DNA of 64,000 nucleotides from Eledone cirrhosa (Eukaryota): the NCBI GenBank assembly GCA_964016885.1, contig OZ024742.1, forward strand, positions 44,082,001-44,146,000, read 5' to 3'. Position numbers and translations under genes: made by a program. The notes beneath the pieces are model-generated. The model did no database searches, was not told the DNA's origin, and saw only the letters and a program-made list of their open reading frames with translations. Numbering within the stretch: position 1 is the stretch's first letter; every line of letters starts with the position of its first letter. Of this stretch, positions 1 through 11,538 are shown piece by piece.

Positions 1-641
1 TTACAGGTTCATGTGGCTGTCCATAGCCTAAAAGTGCACCAAACTCTATAATCTGACAAGCGATTGCAGTACTCTTGGCAGAGTTTGCAGCCATCATATA
101 TAATATATATACATACATATACAATTGGCAAAAGGTTTGGGAGGACCCATCAGTTGTGTTATGGTCATGACAACCTCCCTAGTGTTGGTGATCTACACTA
201 TACACACCCAGTAAATGCTGTAAAGAGGTTGGTGATAGGAAGAGCATCCAGCCATAGAAAGCTTGCCAAACAAATGGCTAGGAGGATCCTGCAATTGCAT
301 CATAGGCATGGCAACCTCTCTAATGCTCGTGCAACAATAAATTACACTCAGTGGGACCATATGTAAGCAAGATGCCTATTCCCGGCTTGTCTGGGTGGTA
401 ATGTATTACCATTCTGATGTGATGCAAGCATCACACTAAGATGGTATTACATTAACGGCAGCATATCTGCATACTTGCATAACTACACCTCATAATTGTA
501 TGAGCATCTGATGATGTCACATGGAGAGATTCAATGATGTTGAAATATATATTATGCAATAAAACAATTATATAAAAGTAACAACTCTGTCTTAACAATT
601 TTTCGTGTGTGTGTGTATATAAATATATATATATGGCTCAT

Positions 642-976
642 GGAGGCACATGGCTTAGTGGTTAGAGCATTAGCCTTGCAATCGAAAGGTTGTGAGTTCA
701 ATTCTCAGACCGGGTGATGTGTTGTTTCCTTGAGCAAGACACTTTATTTCACATTGCTCCAGTTTACTCAGCTGTAGAAATGAGATGATAGGACTGCGGT
801 CCATATCATTCCACTGCAAAGTGGTCGTGGAGGTGCCACGGCAAAAAAGCACCCAGCACTCACTGTAAATGAGGATTGTGTTAGGAAGGGCATCCAGCTG
901 TAGAAATCAAGCCAGAATCAGTTCCCGTCCCACCCTTGCAAGCAAGGAAAAGCGGACATAAAGCGATGATGATGAT
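642..976 (+). mobile_element. tRNA-derived SINE with RTE-like 3' tail (family A)
   Basis: Head has A-box-like TGGCTTAGTGG and B-box-like GAGTTCAATTC. Central CCTTGAGCAAGACACTT motif. The 3' part (GTTAGGAAGGGCATCCAGCTGTAGAAA ... (GAT)n) matches the 3' UTR of the RTE at 62880-63058. A near-identical copy lies at 61970-62304 (-). Confidence 0.85.
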
Positions 977-1134
977 ATATATACATACAATTTATTTAGT
1001 CCAAAATTAGCCGTCGGGACGGCTTGAGCTCGGCCATCGGGGTCCTACTTGTTCCTATTACCCACTCTACTACCTCAAGTATTGAGTACTTTGGTGCGTT
1101 ATGGTCCATCTAGTTCCTTACCACATTTCCTTCG

Positions 1135-1180
<46 letters not shown>

Positions 1181-1388
1181 CGTTTCTGAATTTGCTTAGC
1201 AAGATTCTTTATCTGAAAACGTGTGTTGAAACCGATATTGTTATACTTTGGGAGGGTCATGTTGCCAATAAGTAACACACGCACCAGTTGCTTTCACTTC
1301 AATTTATTATAATAAATTTATAAATTTAGGAATTTATAAATTTCCGGTTGGTTGGATGGTTCCACAACCAGAAGGTTGTTTCTATATT

Positions 1389-1431
1389 GTCAAAGTTCTT
1401 TCGTCACACATTCTGTGACCTCTTCAGTGAC
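1389..1431 (-). ncRNA. Putative minimal type I hammerhead ribozyme motif
   Basis: Minus strand reads GUCA-CUGAAGA-G-GUCACA-GAAUG-UGUGAC-GAAA-G-AA-C-UU-UGAC. It has core CUGANGA and GAAA, a perfect 6-bp stem II, a 4-bp stem I and a minimal stem III. Confidence 0.55.
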
Positions 1432-1751
1432 TGGGGATTCTTTTCTTTGTTTTTTGTGCCTCTCCTTTGTTCTGTCCTACGCCATCTTGTTTTTGTGTGT
1501 GTGTTGTGTGCTTAGTTTGCGCATGTGTTACATCCGGGTGTCTGTGTGTGTTTATATTTGTTTATTTATTTGTTTATTTACATGTTACTGGTTGGTTGTT
1601 TGTTCTATATGTGTATGTGTTTTCATTTTGTCCTTAATTGTAAGTTGTGATGTAACACATGCGCAAACTAAGCACACAACACACACACAAAAACAAGATG
1701 GCATAGGACAGAACAAAGGAGAGGCACAAAAAACAAAGAAAAGAATCCCCA

Positions 1752-1794
1752 GTCACTGAAGAGGCCACAGAATGTGTGACGAAAGAACTTTGAC
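1752..1794 (+). ncRNA. Putative minimal type I hammerhead ribozyme motif (second copy, one stem II mismatch)
   Basis: GTCA CTGAAGA G GCCACA GAATG TGTGAC GAAA GAACTT TGAC. Same as the 1389-1431 copy except for a C-A mismatch in stem II. Confidence 0.45.
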
Positions 1795-1940
1795 AATATA
1801 TAAACAACCATCTGGTTGTGGAACCAACCAACCAACCGGAAATTTATAAATTCCTAAATTTATAAATTTATTATAATAAATTGAAGTGAAAGCAACTGGT
1901 GCGTGTTTTTCTTATTGGCAACATGACCCTCCCAAAGTAT

Positions 1941-1980
<40 letters not shown>

Positions 1981-2094
1981 TAGATATTGATTTAACAGTG
2001 AAAATAATAACAAAGTCAAGTTATTTTACCTATTCATATCATTGTTTTATGATCGTTTCGGAGGGTTGATCATATTGACTGATCTATAGCAGTT

Positions 2095-2131
<37 letters not shown>

Positions 2132-3931
2132 CACACGCACACACACATGTATATACTCTCACACATATACATATGTGTGTGTGTATGTATTTACAAATTC
2201 AAATCCTACTGAGTTCAATTACACCTTTCATCTTTAATTATAGTAGCAGTTATGTATTGGCTGGATGTAATCAACTGCACCTCTTCAAATTTCTGGCCTT
2301 GCCCGCATGATATCAACAATTATTATTGATATAGCTAGTGTGCTTGTATGAATATGATGCAGATGAAGGAAACGTAAAAAAAAAAGAAATATTTGATGGA
2401 AAGGGGAATTTAAAAGGGAATAGGTTTGATGTGAGTAGAAGTGAGAATGATTGCTACTTATAGAATGCGGCATTCAAACGCATACACATGTGAACTGCAT
2501 CATCATTTTATATCCATTGTTTTTCCATGTGTGCTTGGGTTGGACAGGTCTTCTTCAACACAGCGTCTCATCTCTTGTTGCATGAGGTTCACCATCCTGA
2601 TGATGCTTATATTCATGCACAACCAACAAATGTGTTGCTCTTTAGCCTCACATCAGCTCTCATTTACCAAACCTATGATAAAAGTTCTTCGAGCCATAAA
2701 CATCCTGTCCTTTTCTCCGATATTGCATACTTAAGGCAACATCATCAAATATGTCATCTTTTCAGAAAAGAAGGGAATAAATTGTGGCAGATTTAGCTGC
2801 TATTTCTAGCAGGCCTAGTGACCAGAAAGAAGCTCTGTTGTTGGCCTGTTAAAATGTGTTGTGTACACACACAGACATGATGTCTACAAAATAAGTTCAA
2901 ATAAGTGAGTCATTTGAGGGTTAAGTATCTTGACCCTGGACACACTAGTGATGTGATATGAATTGTTGACCTCTCACCCCTATTCACTCTTACAGCCATA
3001 CTCTTATTAACTCCATTAAAGAGGTTATGTTTATATGTAACCCTTAATACTCTTTTATGTTGTCCCCATTTAAACTGTGATTACACACAAATGCACACGT
3101 TTATCACTATCATCATCATTTAACATCCATGCTTGCTTAGGTTAGACAGGCTATCACATTATTCGGCCAGACTGGTCAGGTGACTCTGTCTTGCTTGTAT
3201 GTTCCATTTTTAGCTTGGCTTCTATAGCTTTATGCCCCTCCTAATGCCAACTACTTTATGACATGTTCTGGGAACATTGTTTCATGACTCTGGCTCTACC
3301 ACCTTACAATATGCGTGTGTCTTTTATTGTAGCCTTGAAGTTATATCAGTTCCAGGCAGCTGGAAAAAGTTTAAAATGCTATATGTATTTGGTTTAGAAT
3401 AGTTACACCATATCCCTTTGTCTTATAAGAACTGAATATAAGGGTTGGCATCAGGAAGAATATCCAGCCATGAAATATAGCTTCAAAAACAAACCTCTGA
3501 TGGGTATTAAGCTTGTCGTGAGGCCCATAAGGCTAAACCTAGCTCTAGCCAGGAATAAATGACCTTACAGCACTTGTGGTTGTGTTGTATTATGTTTAAG
3601 ATGTTTTAGGCAAAATGTATACTATATAGTAAGACAAACATTTGACAAACTCACACTAGATAGGAACCATATGTAACTTTATGATTTCCATACAAATCCT
3701 TATAGACAGACAAAAGGATGGAACTCATTCATAACCTGGGGCCTGCCTGTACACACCACACACATTTCTTTTATTATTGGTGTGGAGCTAGACCAGTGAC
3801 TCAAAATTTGATAAATGCTTTAAGCACGGGCATCCATAAATATATATCTTTGTGTTAGTGTGCCTGTATGTGTGTGTGTGTATATATATATGTGTGTGTG
3901 TCTGTGTATATGTCTCTCTCTCTCTATCTAT

Positions 3932-3967
<36 letters not shown>

Positions 3968-4026
3968 TCACACACACAAACGTACTAATTTGTATTATGT
4001 TGTTGTTGTGTCTTTGTTAACCCTAG

Positions 4027-4126
4027 ATCCACACTAATGATAACCTGGTATTTCATGCGCAGACCCAGCCTGCTTCCCCTGCACCTCCCTCTGGACGTCT
4101 TACTAGACTGTCTAGTCAAGTATCCA
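4027..4126 (+). CDS. PTK2: Probable FAK exon, proline/serine-rich linker (IHTNDNLVFHAQTQPASPAPPSGRLTRLSSQVS)
   Basis: CCCTAG acceptor and GTAAGT donor enclose an open frame of 100 nt that ends in phase 1, matching the next candidate exon. There is an alternative in-frame acceptor at 4063. No strong homology is visible, so support comes from splice signals and phase. Confidence 0.55.
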
Positions 4127-4274
4127 GTAAGTATTTTACTTTCAACCCTTTATTTCTTTGATTTTCTTAATTGTTTGGCATCTTTTTTTTTATTTTATTC
4201 CTATTTGAGTTTTTCTTTTTAATTTATTAATTGTGAAGTGAACAATTCTGGCTGTTGAAGCCTATACTACTCTG

Positions 4275-4480
4275 ACCCACCCACCCCTCTCTCTCTCTCT
4301 CACTCCACCCTGTCTTGTTCTCTCACCACCCTCCCCTCTCTCTCTCTCACTCCACCCTGTCTTGTTCTCACCACCATCCCTCTTCTCTCTCACACCACTC
4401 TCCCACCCCACTCTGTCCTCTTTCCCACACAACCCTCCCCTCTCTCCCACACCACCCTGTCCTCTCTCACACTCCATCCA
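4275..4480 (+). repeat. CT-rich degenerate direct repeat
   Basis: CTCTCTCACTCCACCCTGTCTTGTTCTC occurs twice, followed by decayed copies. Strong pyrimidine strand bias. Confidence 0.7.
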
Positions 4481-5377
4481 ATTTCCAAAAGTCCTTGGCC
4501 TGGTAGTCCTACTGAGGTGAGGTGGGCTTTGCCTGTTTGGGATAAATTCTAAGAGCCTGGCCATGCTAGAGACACCAATAACAGAACCTGTCTGAGATGC
4601 ACACAGACTGAATAAACCGTCTGCCATGCAATCATTGCCTGTACATTGCTGATTTGTAGGTTTATGTCAAAACAACTGTTATTACTTGTGACAGATGATG
4701 CTATCACCTGATTCTATAAGGAAGACTGACTGTTACCTTCCTTTGACAAGGTAGTCTTCTCATGTCTATGGTGAAGCAAGTTGTGTGGTGGACATCATTG
4801 ACAGTGCATCTTTTCCTCTCAGTCTAAACCCTTAACTTCTTCACGTGTCACTTGAAGAGAAAAATGGGGGAAGAAAACGAGTTGCTGCCACCCTGTAAAT
4901 TTTTTGAAATGTGGATGTCAACATCATCATCCATTTTCCATACTAGCATGGGTTAGACGAATTGTCCTGTTGTGGGCAATGCTAGGTCAGGTGACCATGT
5001 CTTTTTTCATACAGAACTGATTTTGGCTTGGTTTCAACAGCTGGCCAAAATAGACATAATTAGATAGGCCCACTTTGCCGATGTGTCTGTTGTTGAGTGG
5101 CAAGAACTGGACAAAAGTATTTGCCTTAGGTGTGTGTGTGGATGATGTGAAGTTGTGTGGAGTGCACTGAATCCCCCAATGTGCCCCTCCTTCCATCTGT
5201 TTGGGGTCATTTCTTATTTTGTTGTTCTATACTGTTATTACTATTTAGTGTTTGTTTATTAATGTGTTTATATTATTGTTCTTGATCTAATCTTTTTACT
5301 TGATATACTGTTTTCTTGTTTCTTGCCAAAAAATAAATTACTGTTGTTCTTGTTATTATTGCTGCTGTTGTTGTTAT

Positions 5378-5596
5378 GGCAGCAGATTTGCAGAATCATT
5401 AATGCATTGGACAAATGCCTTCTGATATTTGTTCTGTTTTATGTTCGTTCTGAGTTCAAATCCTGCTGAGGTTAACTTTGCCTTTCATCCTTGTAGGGTC
5501 GATAAAATAAAGTACCAGTAATGCACTGGGGTCAATTTAATCGACTTTCCCCTCCCCAAAAATTGTTGGCCTTGTGCCTAAATCAGAAACCATTGT
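5378..5596 (+). mobile_element. SINE-like element (family B)
   Basis: TTCTGAGTTCAAATCC (B-box-like), GCCTTTCATCCTT..GGGTCGATAAAATAAAGTACCAGT core, and tail GGCCTTGTGCCTAAATCAGAAACCATT. It recurs many times in the window. Confidence 0.8.
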
Positions 5597-5665
5597 TTTT
5601 ATTGTTATTATTTATCAATTACTTTGTGCTGTAATAAAATGTTTTCTTCTTCTTCCCTTCATTAG

Positions 5666-5727
5666 ACAGCAGCACAAGTAGTAGTATCAGTGATGCCGAT
5701 ATTCCAACTATTTCAGGAAATACAAAG
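5666..5727 (+). CDS. PTK2: Probable FAK exon, serine-rich linker ((N)SSTSSSISDADIPTISGNTK)
   Basis: Polypyrimidine tract plus TAG acceptor, and AAG|GTAATA donor. The 62 nt bridge phase 1 to phase 0 and join the FAT exon at 11398 in frame. Confidence 0.65.
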
Positions 5728-5744
5728 GTAATATTGCTATCATT

Positions 5745-6140
5745 GCTGCCTGGTAGAGCAACAGATAAAATACCTTGCAATATTCAGTTAGATCTCTTTA
5801 TGTTCTGTGTTCAAATCTTGCCGAGGTCAACTTTGTTTTTTATGTTAGTGTGATAAATATAAAAATTACCAGTCAAATACTGGGGGATATAATTCAATCA
5901 TATATTTCCTCACTCAAATTTATAGTCTTATGCTTATGTCAGACAAAAATTGTTATTAATGTTGTTGTTATTAATATCATTATCATAAGGCAGTGAATTA
6001 GCAGTTGTGAGAACGTCAGATAGAATGCTTTGCGGTATTTGTTCCAGCTCTCTGCTCTCTAAGTTCAAATCCTGCTGAGGTCAGCTTTGCCTTTCATCCT
6101 TTCAAAGTTTATAAAAAAAGTACCAGTTCAGTACTGGGTT
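5745..6140 (+). mobile_element. Two tandem SINE family B copies
   Basis: Two repeats of GTTCAAATC...GAGGTCA(A/G)CTTTG...AAAA(G/T)TACCAGT in head-to-tail arrangement. Confidence 0.7.
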
Positions 6141-6240
6141 CAATTCTTCCTTTGTATTTCTTTCTCACTTTTTCTCTCTATCTTTCTCTGGAAGAACTCT
6201 GCTGTGTTCATACCTGGAGAGGGATGGGTTCCACCAGGTT

Positions 6241-6458
6241 TTAAACCTTTAATGTTCAAACCGGCCAGAATTCTCTACCTTTTTCTGTTGAAACTGGCTG
6301 TAACTGGTTACTCAAACTGATATTAAGATATTGTTCTGAAAATAAATACTTTCAAAATCTCATAGATTCGATATTATGTGAGATAATTATGTAAGATAAA
6401 GCATTTACCATGAAAATACAATAGTATATATAGAATAATGTGAATGCTTAAGGGTTAA
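6241..6458. mobile_element. TTAA-flanked MITE (piggyBac/Kolobok-type target)
   Basis: TTAA at both ends with imperfect TIRs ACCTTTAATGTTCA / TGAATGCTTAAGGG. The same family occurs in opposite orientation at 56827-57042. Confidence 0.65.
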
Positions 6459-6639
6459 ATGCCCAAGAAACACCATATATAGTGCCCCTACGACTCCAAC
6501 AGTAATTATGGAACTATCACACCACACACATCATCATTCATCTTTTATTATGAGCTATCACTGCATTACTGAACACAGCTCTGTGAACCTTGGTTATATA
6601 CTATATTTTTTTGGTGGTGTTATTATTTATCACTCTAAA

Positions 6640-7025
6640 GGGTGGTGGATCTGCAGTAATCGGGAGAGTGTTGTGGCATATAGCTTTTGCCTTTCATCCT
6701 TACAGGGGCAATAAAATAAAGTACCAGCAATGCACTGGGGTCGGTATAATCGACTTTTCCCTCCCCACGAATTGTTGGCTTTGTGCCTAAATCAAAAACC
6801 ATTATTTATCGGTCTAGAGTGGAGGGTTGGCAGTATTGGTCGAGTGTTGAACAAAATGCTTTGTGGTATTTGGTAACACCTATCTACATTCTGAGTTCAA
6901 ATCCAGCCGAGATTAACTATGCTTTTCATCCTTCTGGGGTCGATAAAATAGAGTACCAGTTATAATCGACTTTCTCCTTCCCACAAATTGCTGGCCTTGT
7001 GCTAATATTAGAAAGAATTATTATT
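6640..7025 (+). mobile_element. Two tandem SINE family B copies
   Basis: Two GC(C/T)TTTCATCCTT...ATAAAATA.AGTACCAG cores, each ending in ...AAACCATTATTT or ...AAGAATTATTATTT. Confidence 0.75.
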
Positions 7026-8056
7026 TATCAGTCTCATTTACTGTTAATCTAACCAAGATTTCTGGATTTGAATCTGAATGCCTTACACCTAATATCGTCT
7101 TAATGGATAGACATACTAGGCAGTTGCCTTGGGAGCCCACTGAGTCAAGGGGCTCATTGCTATGTATACTGTAGTTATGTGTGTAGGGACTCCTGTGCAT
7201 TGCTTTGTGTGGGGAGTGGTGTCTTTATTGCTGCTAAGATGGCCCTAGTTAAACATTATGCAATCAGCAGTTATTTATAGAAACATGCCAATTGTTTCAG
7301 TGATCGTAGCCCTAGTCAGTGATGATGGGGATAGGTATTCACAAATGCCCCATTGTCTCTTGGTACCAAACTGCCTCTGCAATACAAAGCCAGTTTTTTA
7401 AAATATTTATCACAAAACCTTCCATCGTAATTCTGTTTAACTATTAACGCCCTGTGCCACATGAAACCACACATTCTTAAAATGTATAAACCATCACTAC
7501 AACTCCACATTAAAAATTCAGATCTTTATTCCAACAGCAATTTTCTGTCTACTACTAAAAATATTATAAACATTTGAATTCAGAAACTCAGTTTTTAGAC
7601 TTTTCCTGCTAAATCATTACAAGATATTTAGAGTTAAGAACTTTCATTAATTTATGCCCCAAGACCAGCTTAATAATAAAGTTAGTTATATTACTAAATC
7701 CCTCCCAATTCTTGATTATCTTAAAAAACATACTCTCTTAAGCCCTATCCATGGCTCTTCAATAACCGCTACACTTAGACCATCCTGCCCAAAACAACAC
7801 TGTTCCTAAAATTCTTTCCTACTTATGTCTTTCCTGTAGGTGTTGACTTGTAACAGTTTAAGTGGAAACATAACTGACATCAGTCTCACTGGTTTCAGAG
7901 TGCCTGCGGAGGCAATGGGCACTGCCCCTTCACCAAGACATAAGAAGAAAAAAGAATGTTTTTTAAAAATCGGTCAAGCAACTCTCTAGATATCCTTGTT
8001 TAAAAATTAGTCATAATAGACAACAACCCTAACAGAAGCCCCCACCCACCCACCCA

Positions 8057-8117
<61 letters not shown>

Positions 8118-8897
8118 CTATTAAGCACACACATGCACAGTAGTTTAACAGGATCAACAGTTTACAGCTCACTGCTGTGTGTGTGTCTGTGTGTCCAATA
8201 GCTAATATCATAGAGAGAGGAGAAATAGAGAAGGAAAGAAATGACTCCCAGATATGTCAGTTGGAGATTTATGTCTCAGACAAGGAGAGAACATATATGC
8301 TTTAACATAATATAGATTTGTGCTCCTAAAATAGACAGAGGAGATATAATTGACTAAAATGAAAATGTCACCAAGACCTCAAAGACACTTTATAAAAGAG
8401 TTACAGCTGAGACTTGATTTTAACACATGGTGTGGATTGGACAAATCTCCTCTTGGATATGATGCTAGTCTATAACAATCAGAATAGTCATTAGAGATAG
8501 GGTAAGAAAAGTGTTAATTGTCATCATAAATTAGGTGGTTGGTGTGGAATCTTACATCTAACAGAGGAAATTAGACTAACAAAAATATAATGGTTAAAAT
8601 AGATGTCATTATTCCATTAATCAACTTTGAATTTGTTTGTTTACAAAGTTTATTTCTCAGAAATTTAACATGAAAAATTAGATGTTGCATTAAGTATTGA
8701 TAAAATCCGTTGTTGACCTACTGACTTCATGTTTGCAACTAATTTAATTAGAATTGATCATCTTTAATCTAATCACTACCATTATTAAATTTCATTGCAG
8801 ACTTAATGAGTTCAAGATTAGATATAGTTATTGTCTGTGTAAGCCACCTTATTTCACATTGCTTCAATTCACTCAGCTGGGAAAAAATGAGTTAGAA

Positions 8898-9212
8898 CAG
8901 AGGTTCTCAAACTTTTGGGGCCACCCCCACCCCCTCAGCCACGTAATACCCTCAGTGCCCCCCCCCCCTATTTCCAGAGAGACCTACCTACGTGTAAATT
9001 CTAAATATCTAATAAATAATATATACTATGTATAAATAAATATATATATATTTTTTACTATATATATATATGTATCACTTGATATTAATATACTATTATA
9101 TCATTCCTACCACCTAATCCCCACTACCCCCCTTAAGCCCCAGCGCCCCCTGGACCTTCTCAATGCCCCCGAAGAGGGGGGGGGGGGGTAGTGTCCAATT
9201 TGCGAACCTCTG
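8898..9212. mobile_element. hAT-like MITE
   Basis: 16-bp TIRs CAGAGGTTCTCAAACT / AATTTGCGAACCTCTG resemble hAT-Charlie-type CAGGGGTTCTCAAAC ends. No 8-bp TSD was seen. Confidence 0.65.
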
Positions 9213-10212
9213 GTGTAAGACACTTTATTTCGCGTTGTTTCAATTCACTCAGGGGGGGGGGGGGGATTAGTTAGAACATCACTGGTACTAAGCTGTATCA
9301 GCCTTTACCTTTCCTTTAGTGGTATAGAAAGAGGAGGCTGGTATGAAAGGGTGACTGCTGATCTTCCACAAAAACACCTTGCCCTGGTTTGTGCTTTGGA
9401 GAGGAATTTTCCAGGTGCAAACCCATGGATATTCATGACTAAGGGAGCCTACAACAATATCACTGAGATTTCAAAGAAAATGTTTTTGTTTAACTATTTC
9501 CTTTAAATTTGTACATTTAAATTTGTTTCAGAATGTTTCTTTACAAAGATCTTTTATGCCAGCCCTATGTAGTAGTGTGTGCGTGGTATAATGTATGTGC
9601 AGTGTAGTGGTATATATGGTGTAGCTGTGTGTGTAGTGTAGTAGTATGTGGTATGCACAGTTGGAAGGTCAATTTCATAAAAAGTAGCCTGAATTTTTGA
9701 AAATTATCAGTGCGTTGGAGAGCAGCATAAATTAAAAGGTTTTCTAGAAAATTAAACCTTTTGACACCAAACTGCTTGAAACCGCCCTTAGTTTGGAGAT
9801 ACAAAACTTGATTTTAAAATGGTTATACTTATTTAAAAACCTAATTTAATTTAAGAGCCTCTTATTTTCTAAACACTAACTACTAAATCACTTCAAATTT
9901 CAAAAGTAACTGGTGTCTTTCATTAGAAATATGGCAATGATCATCATTTAACGTTCGTTTTCTCTGCTCGCAAATGTTGGACAACTCTTTACAGTTTGTC
10001 ATGACTCATGTGGAGCCTGCATCTTGCTTACATATATTCCCCCACCCTATTGAGTGCATTTTATCATGACACTAACACAGGGATGTTGTTTTGTGTTTGA
10101 CACAGCTGAAGTATCCTCCTGACTTTTTATTTGGCGAGTTTTTTTATACCTGGATGCCCTTTCTGTCACCAACCAGTTTACAATGTGTACTTGGTTATAT
10201 ATATATATATAA

Positions 10213-10457
10213 AAACTTTTGCCGTATTTTTGACTAAAGAAATTTTAGCCTGATAGTGGGGTTTAGAACACACAAAGAAATGTAAAACGATGAGTATTAA
10301 CGTACATGGGAGTCTAACCTACATTTTTGGTTGTCCAGACCATTGTGCCATTACACCAACACATGTTCGTCAATACTCATCTTTTTCCATTTCTTTGAGG
10401 GTTCTAAACCCCACTATCAGGCTAAAAGTTCTTTAGTCAAAAATACAGCGAAAGCTT
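10213..10457. repeat. Inverted repeat / foldback MITE-like element (~96-bp arms, ~53-bp spacer)
   Basis: GTATTTTTGACTAAAGAA.TTTTAGCCTGATAGTGGGGTTTAGAAC at 10224-10269 is mirrored at 10401-10446. (TA)n tracts lie nearby on both sides. Confidence 0.85.
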
Positions 10458-10506
10458 CTATTTCTAATTTCAAACTCGCTCACTGTTTCAAAAACATACT
10501 TAACTG

Positions 10507-10570
<64 letters not shown>

Positions 10571-11397
10571 ATTCTCAGGAAGTTTGTTTTAATTTACTTA
10601 GTTGCTAATTTAATATGATATTCAGTTGTATTCGAACCTTAAAAAATTTAAATTTTTATCTTAAATTAGAAAAGAATAGAAGTGGGCAGTGCTGAAATGT
10701 AACGCAATCAGCTATTTGTGGTTCAGTCTAGCAACCATGTGTGTGTGCAGGGAGAGGAAAATATTAAGATATTGCTTAGCTTCCAAGTTTACACTTAAAG
10801 GTTGGTAAAATTGATGTGGCTTATGTTCACTTTGAACATAAACCAATGTTTGCAGGGAAAATGTATGTGTAGGAAATTCCAGTGAGTTGACATTTTGGGG
10901 AGGAAGGAGTTTGTGGGATGATGGAGAAATGGGTGTGTCCTGTATCAACGTGGCATATAACTATCTAGTTCAGGGGAGCAGAGACTGTAGTTGCAGTGAA
11001 ATAGGCAATAAGGAAACTGTGAATCTATGGGTCAACAATCGGTGGTGTATTGGTGAGTGAGTTTTTAACAGTAAGATTAAAACTTATAACCATGTGTTCT
11101 GTAGCAACTGAGCTGCTTTATCAAGTTAATAAACATTTAACCCTTTCTTTACTATATTTCTAATGAAAAACAGTCTAGTGTTTGGAACATAACAAAAGGT
11201 TTTTGCACAAAATTATGACGAAAGTTTTTTTAGATAAATATAAACACTTTAAAACAGCTTTATAACATAAAATCTGGGCAGTTTGATATCAAAAGAAAGT
11301 GATAGAAAGATTTGATGTAAGAGGGGCTGTAAGATATGTTCAACAGTTATGGTTGTTTTTACAAATTTTTTGTTGTCTTTCTCTGTTATTGTATCAG

Positions 11398-11538
11398 AAC
11401 CAAATTCCACCAACTGCTGAAATGGACCGTACCAATGACTTAGTATATGAAAGTACTACTAATGTGGTGCGAGCTGTCATGGAACTGACCAGAGTGGCTC
11501 ATTTGGTAAGACCAGACGATTATATCGACTTTGTGCAG
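11398..11538 (+). CDS. PTK2: Focal adhesion kinase exon, start of FAT domain (NQIPPTAEMDRTNDLVYESTTNVVRAVMELTRVAHLVRPDDYIDFVQ)
   Basis: Aligns to human FAK PPPTANLDRSNDKVYENVTGLVKAVIEM...PEEYVPMVK. CAG acceptor, CAG|GTAAGA donor, 141 nt, phase 0/0. Confidence 0.95.

Larger units (their letters stand above)
1235..1948. repeat. Long inverted repeat (arms ~1235-1534 and ~1649-1948, ~114 bp spacer); probable inverted Penelope-like pLTR pair
   Basis: The arms are reverse complements with only a few mismatches. (TA)n lies on both sides, and each arm has a hammerhead-like motif. The Penelope assignment is inference because no ORF is present. Confidence 0.9.

Noticed and set aside
642-715. tRNA gene
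   Set aside because: The tRNA-like head continues into a SINE body and tail and is duplicated as a whole at 61970-62304.
1352-1831. 135-aa and 65-aa ORFs with similar N-termini on opposite strands
   Set aside because: They are a by-product of the inverted repeat, low complexity, with no recognisable domain.
2041-2100. Possible second hammerhead (CGAAACGATC on the minus strand)
   Set aside because: No CUGANGA box is present and the stems are unconvincing.
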